Shown: positions 42,830-57,134 of the stretch, one piece after another | Layout of the letters: each line of letters opens with the position of its first letter | How positions within the stretch are numbered: the stretch's first letter is position 1 | Assembly: GCA_951406725.2 (NCBI GenBank) | Contig: OX597827.1 | Coordinates: 45,136,001-45,200,000, forward strand | Direction: 5' to 3' | DNA length: 64,000 nucleotides | Source: Octopus vulgaris | Taxonomy: Eukaryota | Position numbers and translations under genes: made by a program | Notes under the pieces: model-generated | Databases searched by the model: none | Told to the model about the DNA's origin: nothing | What the model saw: the letters and a program-made list of their open reading frames with translations, nothing else

Positions 42830-43680
42830 ACTGTCATACAAACAGGCTCCCATACTGTCGTACTGTAATAATGTCATACTATCTGAAGTCATACTGATGC
42901 ATTAAGAGACTGTCACATACTGTCATACTCACAGTCTGTCCAACAAACGGACTGTTATACAGACAAAGTGTCATACTGTTGCATATGTCAAATTGTCAGA
43001 CTGACATAACAGCGTAGTATCTTATTGTCATATTGACGTACTGACATACTGTCAAACCGACAGACTGTTATTCAGACGGATTGTCATACTGTAACACAGA
43101 CGGACTGTCATTCTGTCGTACTGTAATATTGTCGGACAGACATGCTGGCGTATTGTGAGACTGTCACAGCAACGTAATATCTTATTGTCATTCTGATGTA
43201 CTGGCATACTCTCATACTGACGTACTGACGTACTGTCATATTGACAAACTACCATACAAACGGGCAGTCACACTGTCATATATCCGGTCTCTCACTTGTC
43301 GTACAGTAATATTGTCATACCGCTGGACAGTCATACTTACATACTGACAGTCTGTTATAGTGGTGTAATGTCATATTGCCATACTGGCGTACTGACAGAC
43401 AGTTATACCGATATATTATCAAACTGACATATTGACATACTGCCACACTGACATACTGATTAACTGTCATACTGATAGACTGTCATATTCACAGATTGTC
43501 ATACTGACTACTGTGATACTGTCATACTGACAAACTGTTATTGGTGTATTGTCATATTGACGGCCAGTTATACTGACGGCCAGTCATATTGATGGACTGT
43601 CGTATTGACGTACAGAGATGGCCATGTACTGAAAAACAATAAATGCTGAAGTACTGTTACACTGACGTACTTTTATACTC
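42830..43680. repeat. Degenerate minisatellite (actgtcatactgac-like)
   Basis: Recurrent tgtcatactg motifs; resumes at about 44185-44270. Confidence 0.75.
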
Positions 43681-43704
43681 ATATTTACTCACTGTCCGAA
43701 ATGT

Positions 43705-43997
43705 GGAGGCGCAATGGCCCAGTGGTTAGAGCAGCGGACTCGCGGTCGGAGGATCGCAATTTCGATTCCCAGACCGGGTGTTGTGTGTGTTTATTGAGCG
43801 AAAACACCTAAAGCTCCACGAAGCTCTGGCAGGGGGTGGTGGCGACCCCTGTTGTACTCTTTCGCCCCAACTTTCTCTCACTCTTTCTTCTTGTTTTTTG
43901 AGTAACGCTGCGATGGACTGGCGTCCCGTCCAGCTGGGGGGGGGGGGCACATACGCCATAGAAACCTGGAAACCGGGCCCATGAGCCTGAAAAGGGC
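43705..43997 (+). mobile_element. SINE family C
   Basis: Head matches 7281; tail related to the 46800 copy. Confidence 0.8.
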
Positions 43998-44362
43998 GCA
44001 TAAATAAATAAAGGTTTTGTCAATCCCATCGATTGTGTACTTGACTGGTACTTTATTTCATCGACTCCTAGAGTATGAAAGGCAAAGTTGACCTTGGCGG
44101 TGTTTGAACACTGAACGTAAAGAGACGGAGGAAATAATGACGCGCTTGCGATTCTGCCAGCTTGCTGCACTTGACGAACTACAATATTGTCATAGTGACA
44201 CACGGTCATACTGATATACAGAAGTTTTATCACACGGACGTACTGTCATACTAACATACCTTCAGACCGTTGTACTCTCACGTGCACACGCACAAACGCA
44301 AATATTTAAGAGCCATCTTATACAGTTTGCACAAGGTTATAAATTATCGTTGAGTATGAGTA

Positions 44363-45832
44363 GGCGCAGGGGTGGCTGTGTGGTAAGAAGCTTGCTTTCC
44401 AACCACGTGGTTCCGGGTTCATTCCCATTGCATGACACTTTGGGCAAGTGTCTTTTACTATAGCGTCAAGCTGACCAAAGCTTTGTGAGTGGATTTGGTT
44501 GATGGATCTGAAAGAAGCCCTTCATGTATATACAGAGTGCGAGGAGTATTTGAGGACAGTTTTGGTAAACAATAAAACAATTATATTCCAGCATAAATAA
44601 ACATGTATTTGAATAAACTCTTGTGCAATTAGTCTTGATAATGAGTTTTTAAGCAAATTATTCTATGAAATCGCCTTCGGCTTCGATGACTACTTAAATG
44701 CGAGATCGAAACCGCTGGCATGCTGACACTATATAATCCTTATTTATTTCAGACATCACCTGCACAATGGCGGCCTTCAGTGAAGTTATGGTATGATGAG
44801 GATGGCGATTAGTCTCCCTTTCATTAGTGCTCCACACATAGAAGTCCATGGTGTTCAAACCTGGCAAGTTTGAAGGTCACATATTGGGTGTTAAATAATA
44901 GTAAAGATTGTCTGACAACTATTCTTAGGTGACTAGGACCTAGTGAGACGATGCTGAGTCTTGTTTAACATGTATGGCCTTCCATTGCACATTTCATCAA
45001 TCCAGGGTTTGATAACAGTTTCCAGTACCTCAATGTATCCAGCAGCATTAATTCTAAGACCTAGTGGGAAAAAGTGGGGAGACATCACATGACCTTCGCT
45101 ACTCACCACTCCTAAAATCATCCCAGTTGCTTGAAATTTAGTGTGCATCTCTCTGGGTACTTCAGAAGGATCTGCACATAACCACCTGTCCTTTCTTCTG
45201 TTAGACTTTTGATTCTGGTCAAAGATTTTTCGCCAGAGAAAAACCAAAGTATGCCTTGTTCATAAGGGTTTTTCACTTTGTTAAGTAACCGTTTTGAACG
45301 GATGAAACGGTTTTCCTGTGTCTTTGCAGACTCGATTTGGCCGTTCCTCATTACATAGGACTTGTATCGAATGTCACGATGTATCACAGTTCTGACAGTC
45401 CACTCTGACACCTGAAGTTCTTTAGCAATGGACCTCATTGATTTTCTGGAGTTTTCATCGATAACATTTTGAACATATATAAATTCCGGTGTCCTTTTAG
45501 TGTCTGAGCATTGTGAATGTTTTCTCCTCTTTGATACAGGTGAAACATTCCCATCAGATGCCTCTAATTCCAACCAAACTTTGTGTACAAATGATCTTGC
45601 AACATTTAGAAAGCTGCTAATTTCTAAATCACTGTGGTTTGCATGTATGGCATCTATGATTGGATGTCTTTACATTTCTTGAGTTAGCATGATATCTTGA
45701 AATAGTTACCTGAAAAAAAAATTATACACTAAATAATTTGAAGGGGCAATGAACTAAAAATGAAATGTCCTCAAATACTCTTCATAGTATGTCAGTATCA
45801 CGTCACTATGTCAGTACGTAGATACACACACA

Positions 45833-45913
<81 letters not shown>

Positions 45914-46172
45914 GTCGGGCCGGTCAAAGCCATGTGAGTGTATTTGGTAGACGGAAACTCAAAGAATCCTGTCGTATATATATATATGTATTTGTGTGTC
46001 TATATTTGTGCCCCCACCATCGTCTGACAACCGATGTTGCTGTGTTTACGTCCCTGTAACTTAGCGGTTCGGCAAGAGACAGAATAAGTCCTGGGGTCGT
46101 CTTGTTCGACTAAAAATCCTTCTAGTTGGTGCTCCAGTATGGCCGCAGTCAAATGACTGAAACAAGTAAAAG
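44363..46172 (+). mobile_element. SINE family A split by the Tc1/mariner element
   Basis: Head 44363-44520, remainder about 45915-46172. Confidence 0.75.
44533..45791 (-). mobile_element. Tc1/mariner superfamily transposon (DD37D/maT-like), decayed
   Basis: TIRs gagtatttgaggaca / tgtcctcaaatactc; KSMRSIAKELQVSEWTVR HTH, WFFSGEK, QDSASSH, MDFYVW remnants; nested in the microsatellite of a SINE. Confidence 0.85.
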
Positions 46173-46319
46173 GATGTAAGAACGAGTATAGTCGACTCCG
46201 AGTACATTACTGCTATCTGTTTAATAGAAACCCTCGGAACTCAACTCTCTATGACCGATCATGAAAATACAAGACACTTGCACATATAAAAACCAGGTTT
46301 AAAATATTCACCGAAATAC

Positions 46320-47480
46320 GCATTAATAAACACTACAAATTAACGCTTAAAACTAACTTTGAAATTACAAATTACAGACTCACATTTATGATCACCCTTA
46401 AAATACACATTGATAATTTGAATTTCTGACCAATCTTAAAATATTTATTAGAAGTTCATTTTTAAGACGAAACCTTACATTTTACATTACAGATTCACAT
46501 TAAAGATTAACCAACCTTAACATACATTTAATCTTAAAATACACGACACATTTTAGTTTAATCTTATAATATACGTTAAGATTTCACATTTAACCCTTTC
46601 ACTGCAATATCAAATTTCATGATTATTCCAGCAATAATGTTAAATATTTACCCCCCCCACTAAAAAAAAAAAATAGAATTGATATTTTCTGGGAGTCATG
46701 TTGCCTCAATAAACTCGACATATCTCAACAAAAAATAGTTTCCAACCTGACATTCCCAACAAAAGCTAGATTGGTTTATAAAACTGTTTTCTGCAGCTGT
46801 TTCTTCCTTCTCGAGCCATGCCTGGCTCATAAGGGCCGGTTTCCCGGTTTCCCGGTTTCCATGGCGTATAGGTTCCCCACCTGGACGGGACGCCGGTCCG
46901 TCGCAGGTGAGCTGTAAGATGCAGGAGGAAAGATAGAGGGAAAGTTGTGGCGAAAGAGTCAGCAGAAGTTCGCCATTTCCTTCTGCCGGAGCCGCGTGGA
47001 GCTTAGGTGTTTCGCTCATTAACACACACATCGCCCGGTCTGAGACTCGAACCTGCGATCCCTTGACCGCGAGTCCGCTGCTCTAACCACTAGGTCATGT
47101 GCCTCCACTTTTGCAGCTAAGGACAATACAATTCTGAGTGGATATATCTGATTTTTGCAGTAAAAGGTTTAAGACTAACCTTAGGATATAGACTATAATT
47201 TCACATTTAAGATCAGTCGTAAAATATACATTTCAAATTTACATTAAAGGCGAATATTAAATCACGCTACAAATTCACATTTAAGATAAACCTTAAGACT
47301 TTCAAACCAACCTATCACAGATTGAGGTTTAAGACGAAACTTAAAATTACACATTGCAAACAAACATTTACGATTTTTAAGTACAAATTACAAATTTCTA
47401 TTTAAAGCTATTCACATTACAATACGCATTACAAATTCCCATTTAAGATGAATCTTAAAATAGTCATAAAAAATTTTCAT
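46320..47480. repeat. Degenerate AT-rich tandem repeat (ttaaga..aaccttaaaat..acatt)
   Basis: Recurrent motif at roughly 40-bp spacing, interrupted by SINE C. Confidence 0.55.
46800..47106 (-). mobile_element. SINE family C
   Basis: Reverse-complement of family head. Confidence 0.8.
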
Positions 47481-48039
47481 TTAAGAATATCAAAATAAAA
47501 AATTTACATCGAAGAAAAAAAGACCTCATTTATTTCAGTAGATTTATGTTAAAAGTAATTTTATTTTTATTTTATTGAAAATATTAAATTCAGTTCACAG
47601 CTGCATATACAGTTCTAAAACAAGATTATTAAAAAAAATAGAGTTCCTGCGTTTATACTATTCCTAAAATCTTATTTAAAGGAAGGAGCCATTGTATGTT
47701 TCTATTTGCTAATGAATATTGGTTTCTGGATCAATGTAATAAGTTTTAGGAAGAAGACTACGAAAACTGCACTGTACTCAAATGTTTTCGTTATTAGAAA
47801 ACAAAACAAGACTAAACGAAAAAAACCACAACAACAACAACAAAACTCTTCAAAACAAACATGGTTAGCGTTGTGTATGAAGTGAAATTGATTCATATAG
47901 GAAAGCAAATTAAATCATTGGTTAGGTTTACCGAAAGAATACCACAAAGTATCCGCATAGCAAAATCATCGATCTCAAAACGCAACCAATCTCCAGTCAA
48001 CGCGCTATTTGTACAAATCCCTATCCACAGTTACCAAAC

Positions 48040-49435
48040 ACAACATTATCGAGTGCACATCAACATTACCTGGGCCACTCCAACATTATCTGACACATAG
48101 ACACACTATTTATCGCACACTAACTTTATCTACCATACTCACATACATTGCCTAGGGCATACCGACATTGCTTAGCTCACATCAATATTAAGCAGTACAT
48201 AGCAACATTATCTAGCACACATCAACATTATTTACCGCATACCAATATTATCAAGCGCGTACCAATATCATAAAGTACACGCCAACAATATCTAGCACAG
48301 GCCAAGATTATCTACCGAACATTATTATCTAACACACATCAATGCTACCTACTGCATATCAGCACTGTCGAGGGCACTCCTAGATTATTTAGGGCGAACC
48401 AATATTATCTCGCCAAGACCAACATTATCTAGTACATACCAACATTATTTACCGCACGCCACAATTGCCAATGGTACACTTAGCGCACACAAATATTATC
48501 CGCATATATCAACATTATCTGGCACACATTAACATTGCATAGCGCGTACCAACATTTTCTAATGCACACCAACAATAACTATCACAGGCAAATATCATCC
48601 AGTGAACACTAATATCTAGTGCACATCAATATCATCTAACACACACCAGCATCATCTAGGATACATCAACACTATTTTGCGCAGACCAACAATTATCTTA
48701 CGAACCCCGAACGTATCTTGCACAGACCAACTTTATCTAGTGTATACCAACATTGTCTTGAGCACATCGACATTATCTAGTGAACACCAAGATCATCTTG
48801 CGCAGAGTAACAGTATCCAGTACACATCACCATTATCTACCGCACACAAGCATTATTAACCGTGCACCAACATTATCTAGCACACACCAACTTTATCTAG
48901 CGCACACCAAGATTATCAACCGCACATCAACATTATCATCTGCGCATCAACATTATCTAACGAAACCAACATGATTTAGTGCAAACCAATATTATCTTGC
49001 GTAGCCCAATATTATCTTGCGCAGACCAATATTATCTTGCGCAAACCAATATTATCTTGCGAAGACCAACATTATCTTGCGCAGACCAATAATATCTTGC
49101 TTAGACCAACATTATCTTGCTTAGACCAACAATATCTTGCTTAGACCAACATTATCTTGCGCAGGCCAACATTATCTTGCGCAGACCAATATTATCTTGC
49201 GCAGACCAATATTATCTTGCGCAGACCAACATTATCTTGCGTAGACGAACATTATCTTGTGCAGACCAACATTATCTTGCTTAGACCAACATTATCTTGC
49301 GCAGACCAACATTTTCTTGCGTAGACGAATATTATCTTGCGCAGACCAATATTATCTTGCGCAGACGAACATTATCTTGCGTAGACCAATATTATCTTGC
49401 GCAGACCAACATTATCTTGCGCAGAACAACATTAC
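48040..49435. repeat. 20-bp minisatellite (accaacattatcttgcgcag)
   Basis: Degenerate from 48040, homogeneous 48985-49432. Confidence 0.92.
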
Positions 49436-49889
49436 GCACATTACATATCAAGGGTACACCAAGAAGGAAATACAATCATTAGTACCACACTTTTATTTAA
49501 AAAAACAACAGATATTGGTTCAGTTTGTTCGATTTAAATACTTTAAGGCAGTGCCCCAACATGGTCGCATTCCAATGACTGAAATAAGTAAAAGAATAAA
49601 AGATAGAGAGAATATTTTAATTTTGTTTTTGTTTTTATTGATTCAAGTCTGAATACTTCACATTCTTTTAGTTCACATTCTTTTAGAGTTTTGTTTAAAT
49701 TTCAGTTTAAGTCTAAATACTCTGCTTCACTCTTCTTTCTTTATTAGTTGAAACAAAATATATATATAAAAAAAAAAAACGAAATTGCGTCTAAATTCAG
49801 GTATATTGAAAATGTATCAGTTTTAAATAAAAAATGAAAATCATTTTATAGAAATCGAATCGGATTTTGATTTTTTAAAAACTAATATA

Positions 49890-50186
49890 CATAGTGTGTG
49901 TGTGTATGTATGTATGTATGTATGTATGTATGTATGTATGTATGTATGTATGTATGTATGTATGTATGTATGTATGTATGTATGTATGTATGTGTTTGTG
50001 TGTGTGAGTGCGTGTAGTTGTGTTTGTATAAGGTATGTAAATGTAAGGTAAACATTACAAGCCTTTGAGTTTAGGAAACGTAAAATTTTTGGTTGCTGTA
50101 AAAAGTAAACAATGTAGTAAAACGTTGATTACTCTCTCTCTCTCTCTCTCCTCTGAGTGTCTCTCCATCTCTCTGTATTATGTGTT

Positions 50187-50243
<57 letters not shown>

Positions 50244-50423
50244 GCATTTATATATATATATATATGTACGCATTTATATATATATATATGTATTTAGATA
50301 TATATATGTATGTATTTATATATATATATGTATGTATTTATATATATACATATACGTATGTATGCATCTGTATGTATGTATATATATATATATATATATA
50401 TTTACACGTATATATGTATATAA

Positions 50424-50485
<62 letters not shown>

Positions 50486-51021
50486 ATATATATATACATA
50501 CATACATACATACATACATGCATACATACATACATACATATATACACACATACATATAAGCTGCGTTTATGTTTGTGTTGGTATTTACGTTTCAAATGTT
50601 CCAGTATAACGTTTGATGTTCGGAATAAAAAAAAAAAGATTTTGCTTCGTATTATATAGATATACTGGGTATATAATAATAATAACAATAATAATAATAA
50701 TAATAAATATATAAACAGTATTATACAGGTGTGTCGTTGAGAGTATGTATAATGCCTATATTGTCCACGCATGTTTCGGTATATGTACATCGATATATTT
50801 TGTTACTTTATAGGGATAAAAAGTTATAAAGTTATTTCTTGAGTATGTATATATGATTATATGTATGAATGTGTGTATATAAATACAGACATACATGTAT
50901 ATATATGTACCTCTCTATATATACACACATATATACATAAATATATATATAAAATATATATACACATATTTACCAAGATACATACAGACAATATATATAT
51001 ATATATATGTATGTACATGTA

Positions 51022-51093
<72 letters not shown>

Positions 51094-51497
51094 TATATAT
51101 ATATATATATATATACTTATATGTATGTGTGTGCATGACAGTAGATGTACATCTTGAAAATGTCATTCTTTATTATATAATAAATATGCGTGCAGGAAAA
51201 TGGTCTATACATAATATACACACACACATATATACATATACACTTATATATTTGTATATATATCTATGTATTTATATATTTATGTGTGTATATATATGTA
51301 TATATATATATATGTATGTATACATATGTATGTATACATATGTATGTATATATATGTATATATATGTATATATATATATGTATATGTATATATAAATGTG
51401 TATATATGTATATATATATATATGTATATATATGTATATATATGTGTATATATATATATGTATATATATGTGTATATATATATGTATATGTACATAT

Positions 51498-51539
<42 letters not shown>

Positions 51540-51900
51540 GTGTATATATATGTATATGTATATAAGTATATGTGTATATATATATGTATATATATATGTG
51601 TATATATATATGTATATATATACATACATACATATATATATACATATATATATACATATATGTATGCGCGCGTGTGTGTATATATATTTGCATGTATGCA
51701 TATATGTATAATATGTATATGTATGTATACATATATATACACACATCACACATACGTAAACATACATACATATATACACACATCCATATACATATATATA
51801 TATATGAAGACACACACATACACACACGCGTGCACCCAAGTACTCACACCCACCCACAGGCACACATATACACATACACACAACCACAAATACAAGTATG
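49890..51900. repeat. Compound microsatellite tract
   Basis: Direct reading. Confidence 0.9.
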
Positions 51901-51909
51901 TCAAATAAC

Positions 51910-52430
51910 AAATTCTTGATTTATTAAAATTTTCTCTGCTTCTGGACGATGTGACATAATGACCAAATATTAATTAAGGCCAGCTCCACATATCACTGGC
52001 ATCTTCGAATTATTTCTCTTAGCTCATTTCTGTTTAAATTCTGCAAATTACTTACGCCGTAAGTGTTTTCTTCTAATTTTTATATAAATTCCTTGGCTAC
52101 AGGAGATAAGGTCGGACAGTTGCCAGGCTGATGACGGCGATTGCGCCAGAAACACGTGTCCACAACTGTCCTCATATATTCAGACAATAAGCCTGTCCTT
52201 TTTCTTTTGTGAGAAATTCTTGATTGTCGAGATTATCTCCCCTGAAGTGGAGCTGAACTTAATAGCCATTTGTTAACTGTTATACATCCTCTAGAGGCAG
52301 AGAATATTTTATTGAATTAATATTTTATTTTGTTATTTATTTGAGACACTTGTATTTGTCTATGTTATTCAAATACATGCCACTGGCCTTTTTGAGTTAT
52401 GCTTCTCTTAGCTCGTTTTTGTTTAAATCA
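51910..52430 (+). mobile_element. Degenerate Penelope-like pseudo-LTR remnant around the hammerhead
   Basis: Diverged inverted repeat about 51920-51989 vs 52247-52316 and diverged direct repeat about 51995-52040 vs 52381-52429, flanked by microsatellites. Confidence 0.5.
52114..52171 (+). ncRNA. Type I hammerhead ribozyme motif (intact core)
   Basis: GGACAGUUG-CCAG-G-CUGAUGA-C-GGC(GAUUGC)GCC-A-GAAA-CACGUG-UC^C-A-CAACUGUCC; 9-bp distal helix I, palindromic helix III ACACGUGU, GUC cut site after 52160. Confidence 0.75.
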
Positions 52431-52484
<54 letters not shown>

Positions 52485-52585
52485 GTATATATATATATAT
52501 GTGTGTGTGTGTGTATCTGCACACACATACATACACAATATATATATACATACATGCATACATGTATGCATGTCAGTAAAGTCTT

Positions 52586-53157
52586 TCAAATTCTCTTCTG
52601 TACCATTTGGTCGTTGACATGCATTTTGTCGTAGATCAAAATCCTGCTAGTTGCCGTACGAGTTGAGCCGGAAAATGTCGACACTGAACGGGTCTCTCTT
52701 CGTGTTAGACTCGGGTGTACCGTGTGCAAACAACGGAAAGCGGAGACAAAAGCCTGGCGGAACTTGTTGTTCATGAAACAATATGTGATTGGGTTGCAAC
52801 ACGAAGATACATAGGCTAGCAGCTGTATGAATGAATGGCTTGTAGGACTAAGTATATCGTTGGCTCCTTTTTCGTCGAAAACAATCCATGTTTGAACGAC
52901 GTATAGCGGCGACCAACAGACAAAAAATTCAAGCACAATGACGAACAACATTCGAATGACGCGGATTTTGGAAGCTCGGCTTTTTTCACTATTAGACTGT
53001 CTCATAGCACGGTTATAATCAAAGCGTTCTTTACTTTTGGTCGTTTGGCGGACGTTGTTTTTCTTCGTTGATGATGACAGTGACGATGACGAGGCGGCCA
53101 TCTTGTTCATCATTGTTTCGGCTTCTTCCTCGACATTTTCGATACCGTTTCTGGCTT
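52586..53157 (-). CDS. CCKR: Terminal coding exon of a cholecystokinin/gastrin/sulfakinin-receptor-like rhodopsin GPCR (ICL3, TM6, TM7, C-tail)
   Basis: KIRVIRMLFVIVLEFFVCWSPLY (CWxP) and SFIQLLAYVSSCCNPITYCFMNNKFRQAF (NPxxY) closely resemble CCK-type receptors; acceptor ttgtatttttcag| at 53158-53160, phase 1; no upstream exons recognised within the window. Confidence 0.88.
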
Positions 53158-53431
53158 CTGAAAAATACAATTAATGAAAAAAAGTTATGAAAGAATGTGA
53201 ATGAATATACGGTGTAGTAATTAGTGTTTTCATTGAACAAAACGATAGATGACCGAAACCATAAAATAACTATCGGAACGCTGACGGTTGGTTATCCAAA
53301 ATACAGAAAAATTCGAAATGTGCATGGTCGATCTCATCTGATGACCCCTGCCCACCAAGACATATAAAGAAAAATGGCATGAGGCACCGATTGATACGAT
53401 CTGAGGTACTCATACATATATCCGTGATAAC

Positions 53432-53547
<116 letters not shown>

Positions 53548-53552
53548 ATCAA

Positions 53553-53980
53553 CCCTAGTATTCAACCGGTACTTATTTTATCGACCCCGAAATGATGAAA
53601 GGCAAAGTTGACCCCCGCGGCATTTGAATTCAGCGTAAAGACGGACGAAATACCTATTTCTTTACTACCCACAAGGGGCTAAGCACAGAGAGGACAAACA
53701 AGGACATATAAAGGGATTAAGTCGATTATACCGACACCAGTGCGTAACTGGTACTTATTTAATCGATTCCGAAAGGTTGAAAGGCTAAGTCGACCTCGGC
53801 GGAATTTGAACTCAGAACCTAGCGGCAGACGAAATACCTGTTTCTTTACTACCCACAAGGGGCTAAACAGAGGGAACAAACAAGGACAGATAAACGGATG
53901 AAATCGATTATATCGACACCAGTGCGTAACTGGTACTTAATTTATCGACCCCGAAAGGATGAAAGGCAAAGTCGACCTCT
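53553..53980 (-). mobile_element. SINE family B multimer
   Basis: Same tail-to-body junction as 25510. Confidence 0.8.
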
Positions 53981-53981
53981 G

Positions 53982-54256
53982 TCGGACGTAAGCACACCAG
54001 CATCGGTTGTCAAGCGATGTTGGGGAGGGGGGAGGAACACAGACACACAAAACACACACACACAAACATACACACACACACACATTTATATACGACGGGC
54101 TTCTTTCAGTTTCCGTCTACCAAATCCACTCACAAGGCTTTGGTCGGCCCGAGGCTACAGTAGAAGACACTTGCCCAAGGTGCTACACAGTGGGACTGAA
54201 CCCGGAACCATGTGGTTGGTAAGCAAGCTACTTACCACACAGCCACTCCTACGCCT
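53982..54256 (-). mobile_element. SINE family A (3'-truncated by family B copies)
   Basis: Reverse-complement match. Confidence 0.8.
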
Positions 54257-54787
54257 ATAAAATATAAAATGCGAAAAAATATAAAATACGAAAAATAAAA
54301 TGAAGGAAGGCAGAATGAAGGAAAAACAATAATAAAAAAAAATGAAGAAAGTAAAAATAAAAAAAGAAAAGATGAATGAAGTCCATACATAAGTTTATGA
54401 ACCATTGAGTAAATAAGAAACGGTTGAGTAGGAAAGACAAAATGGCGACCGTTTGTTGGTTCAGTTACGTATTTGATAGAATTTGAGGTAAAAATTAATA
54501 AAGTCAAAGTGGAGCAGAAACGGTAGCGGTTGTCGTGGTTGAAATGTTGTTGCTGTTGGTGGAGATGGTGGTGATGATGGTGTGTGTGTGTGACTCAGTA
54601 TGAATGTGTGTGTGTGTTTGTGAATGTGCGTGTTTGTGAGTGCCTATACGTATGTGTTTGTGAGTGTGTGCGTATGTCGTTGCTGTAGTGGTGTTGTTAC
54701 TGATGATGGTGATGGTAGTTTTGTGATACGAATGGTGGTTGGTAACGGCGTACAAGTGAGTGTTTTTGAGTGTGTGTAAGCCAATGT

Positions 54788-54833
<46 letters not shown>

Positions 54834-55793
54834 TGTTATCGTTGACTACAGCTATGGTTGTAGTATAATTTTATTGATGGTTGCATGAGTGGTGTTATTG
54901 GTGGAGGTTGTGTCGCTGCTAGTATTGGTAGACGCAATGTTGGCGGTGATAGTACCTTTGTTTAGTTGTTGATAGTGGAGGTAGAGGGGATGGCGGTTGT
55001 GATGGAGTCGGTGGTGGATAAAATGAAAAAAAAAAAGACAAAAAAACAAAAAAAAAAAACAAAGACAAAAAGCGGTTTCTATCGAGCAATCAGAGATCGA
55101 ATTAAGCAGCCGCCTACATGTCATAAATATTATGTCGGCTATAAAGACGGTATTTACTTTGGGATAACTGTCACTGTGGTTTTTATACAGTTCTGAATAG
55201 ATGCGTGTGTCTGTGTATATGTATGTGTGTGTATGTGTGTGTATGTGTGTATGTGTGTGTGCGTGAGCACATAAGTATTTATGTATGTTTGTACGTATGT
55301 ATGTATATGTTTGTAAGTATGTTTCCTTATGGGTATGTATATATGTATGTATGTCAGTGTTCCATTTGAAGATTTTCGTATAGTGATTGTACTCCACATT
55401 ATGTGCTAGCACGCATATTTATGTACGTACGTAGGTACGTAGTATGTATGTATGTGTATGTATGCACATATAGCTGTAGGTTTGTGTGTATATATATATA
55501 TATATATGTACACATGAATACGCATGCACACATCTATTTATAATTACATATACACGCACATTTATATACGAAACTATATATATATATATATGTACATATA
55601 TCTATATCTATATATATGCAGTTAAAGGAAAAAATACTGCATACATATATGTATATATGTATGTATATACATATATGTAGATAAATGTGTGTGTGTGCGT
55701 GTGCATATTTGATCTTATGTATATACACTCACACACACACACATATATAATATGCATACATATATATATATACACATATATACGTACAAAACA

Positions 55794-55825
<32 letters not shown>

Positions 55826-56287
55826 CTCACACACACGCATATATGTATCTAAAGACAAACTATATGTATATACCTATACATACAAACACACACACACACA
55901 TATATATATGTGTGTATAGATATGTGCATACTTACATATACACACACATGTATACATATATCAATGAAAGGAATAGAAAAAGGAAATGAATAGTCATAAG
56001 GGCGGACAAGACAGGCAATCGATAGATCGATAGATTGAAAAGTTGATAGATATAGGATTGCATTGAAAAAGAGATTGATATTTATTTAGGCAGACAGAAC
56101 AAAGATTGGTGTGTGTGTGTGTGTATACGTACGAGTGGATGTTGTGTGTGAGTGTGAACGAGTATGCATGTGTATGCGTGTTTATATGTATATATATATA
56201 GAACCACATAGATACCTATATACATATGCACACACACGTACGCATATGGACACGCAAAAGTATGTATGTATGTGTGCGCGAGTGTGC

Positions 56288-56378
<91 letters not shown>

Positions 56379-57134
56379 GACAACCACATGCACAGTTTAA
56401 AAATTTTTTTACTGCTTTCTCTCATTGATCTGCGACCATACTGGAGCACCACATTTAATTACTTTAGGAGATCAACAATGTTGAATCTATACCGGCGAGA
56501 GCTGATATTAAGGGAGTTTTCCACAAACCAAAAAATTAAGGCTAAGATACTGAGCATGAGCCAATGAGATGTCAGCACTAAAATAGTATATTCTCTGCTT
56601 GATGAGCTCGGATCCTGATTCCATGGAGACCATTTCGAAGAGACTGTTCAACGAAAAGATATTTCATGTAAATTCACCGAAAAGACAATTCATCGAAATT
56701 CCTCTTAAGCGTTTTACATTTAAACTGGCATTTAAACCTTCGGCTAGTCAACATATTCTACATGTTTTATGTTCAAGCCAGCCAGATATGATTTATCACT
56801 CCTAATCTGCAATAACTAACCACATCACCAAAAAGATCAAATATATAAGATAATGCAGATTAACTCAAAGAAAGGAAAGGACATTTCATTAAAATTCAAT
56901 AAAAAGATAGTTTATCGAAAGAACTGGTAATTGAATGGTTAGTCACTGAAAATCATCATCGAAGATTAAAAGTCGAAGTTAACCTCATCGAGATTTGAAC
57001 TCGGAATGTAAAGAACCGAAACGAAAAGCTGCAAAACACCTCGTTCAACGCTCTACCGATTCTCACAATGTATTAGTTTACTACTTAATTTATTTAATAA
57101 TTTACTTTTGTTAATTTTCTTAATAAAGATACTG

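Noticed and set aside
48985-49652. CRISPR-like array or repeat-protein ORF
   Set aside because: Contiguous 20-bp units with no unique spacers, eukaryotic context, no cas genes
53330-53410. CTGATGA followed by a possible helix
   Set aside because: No GAAA in register
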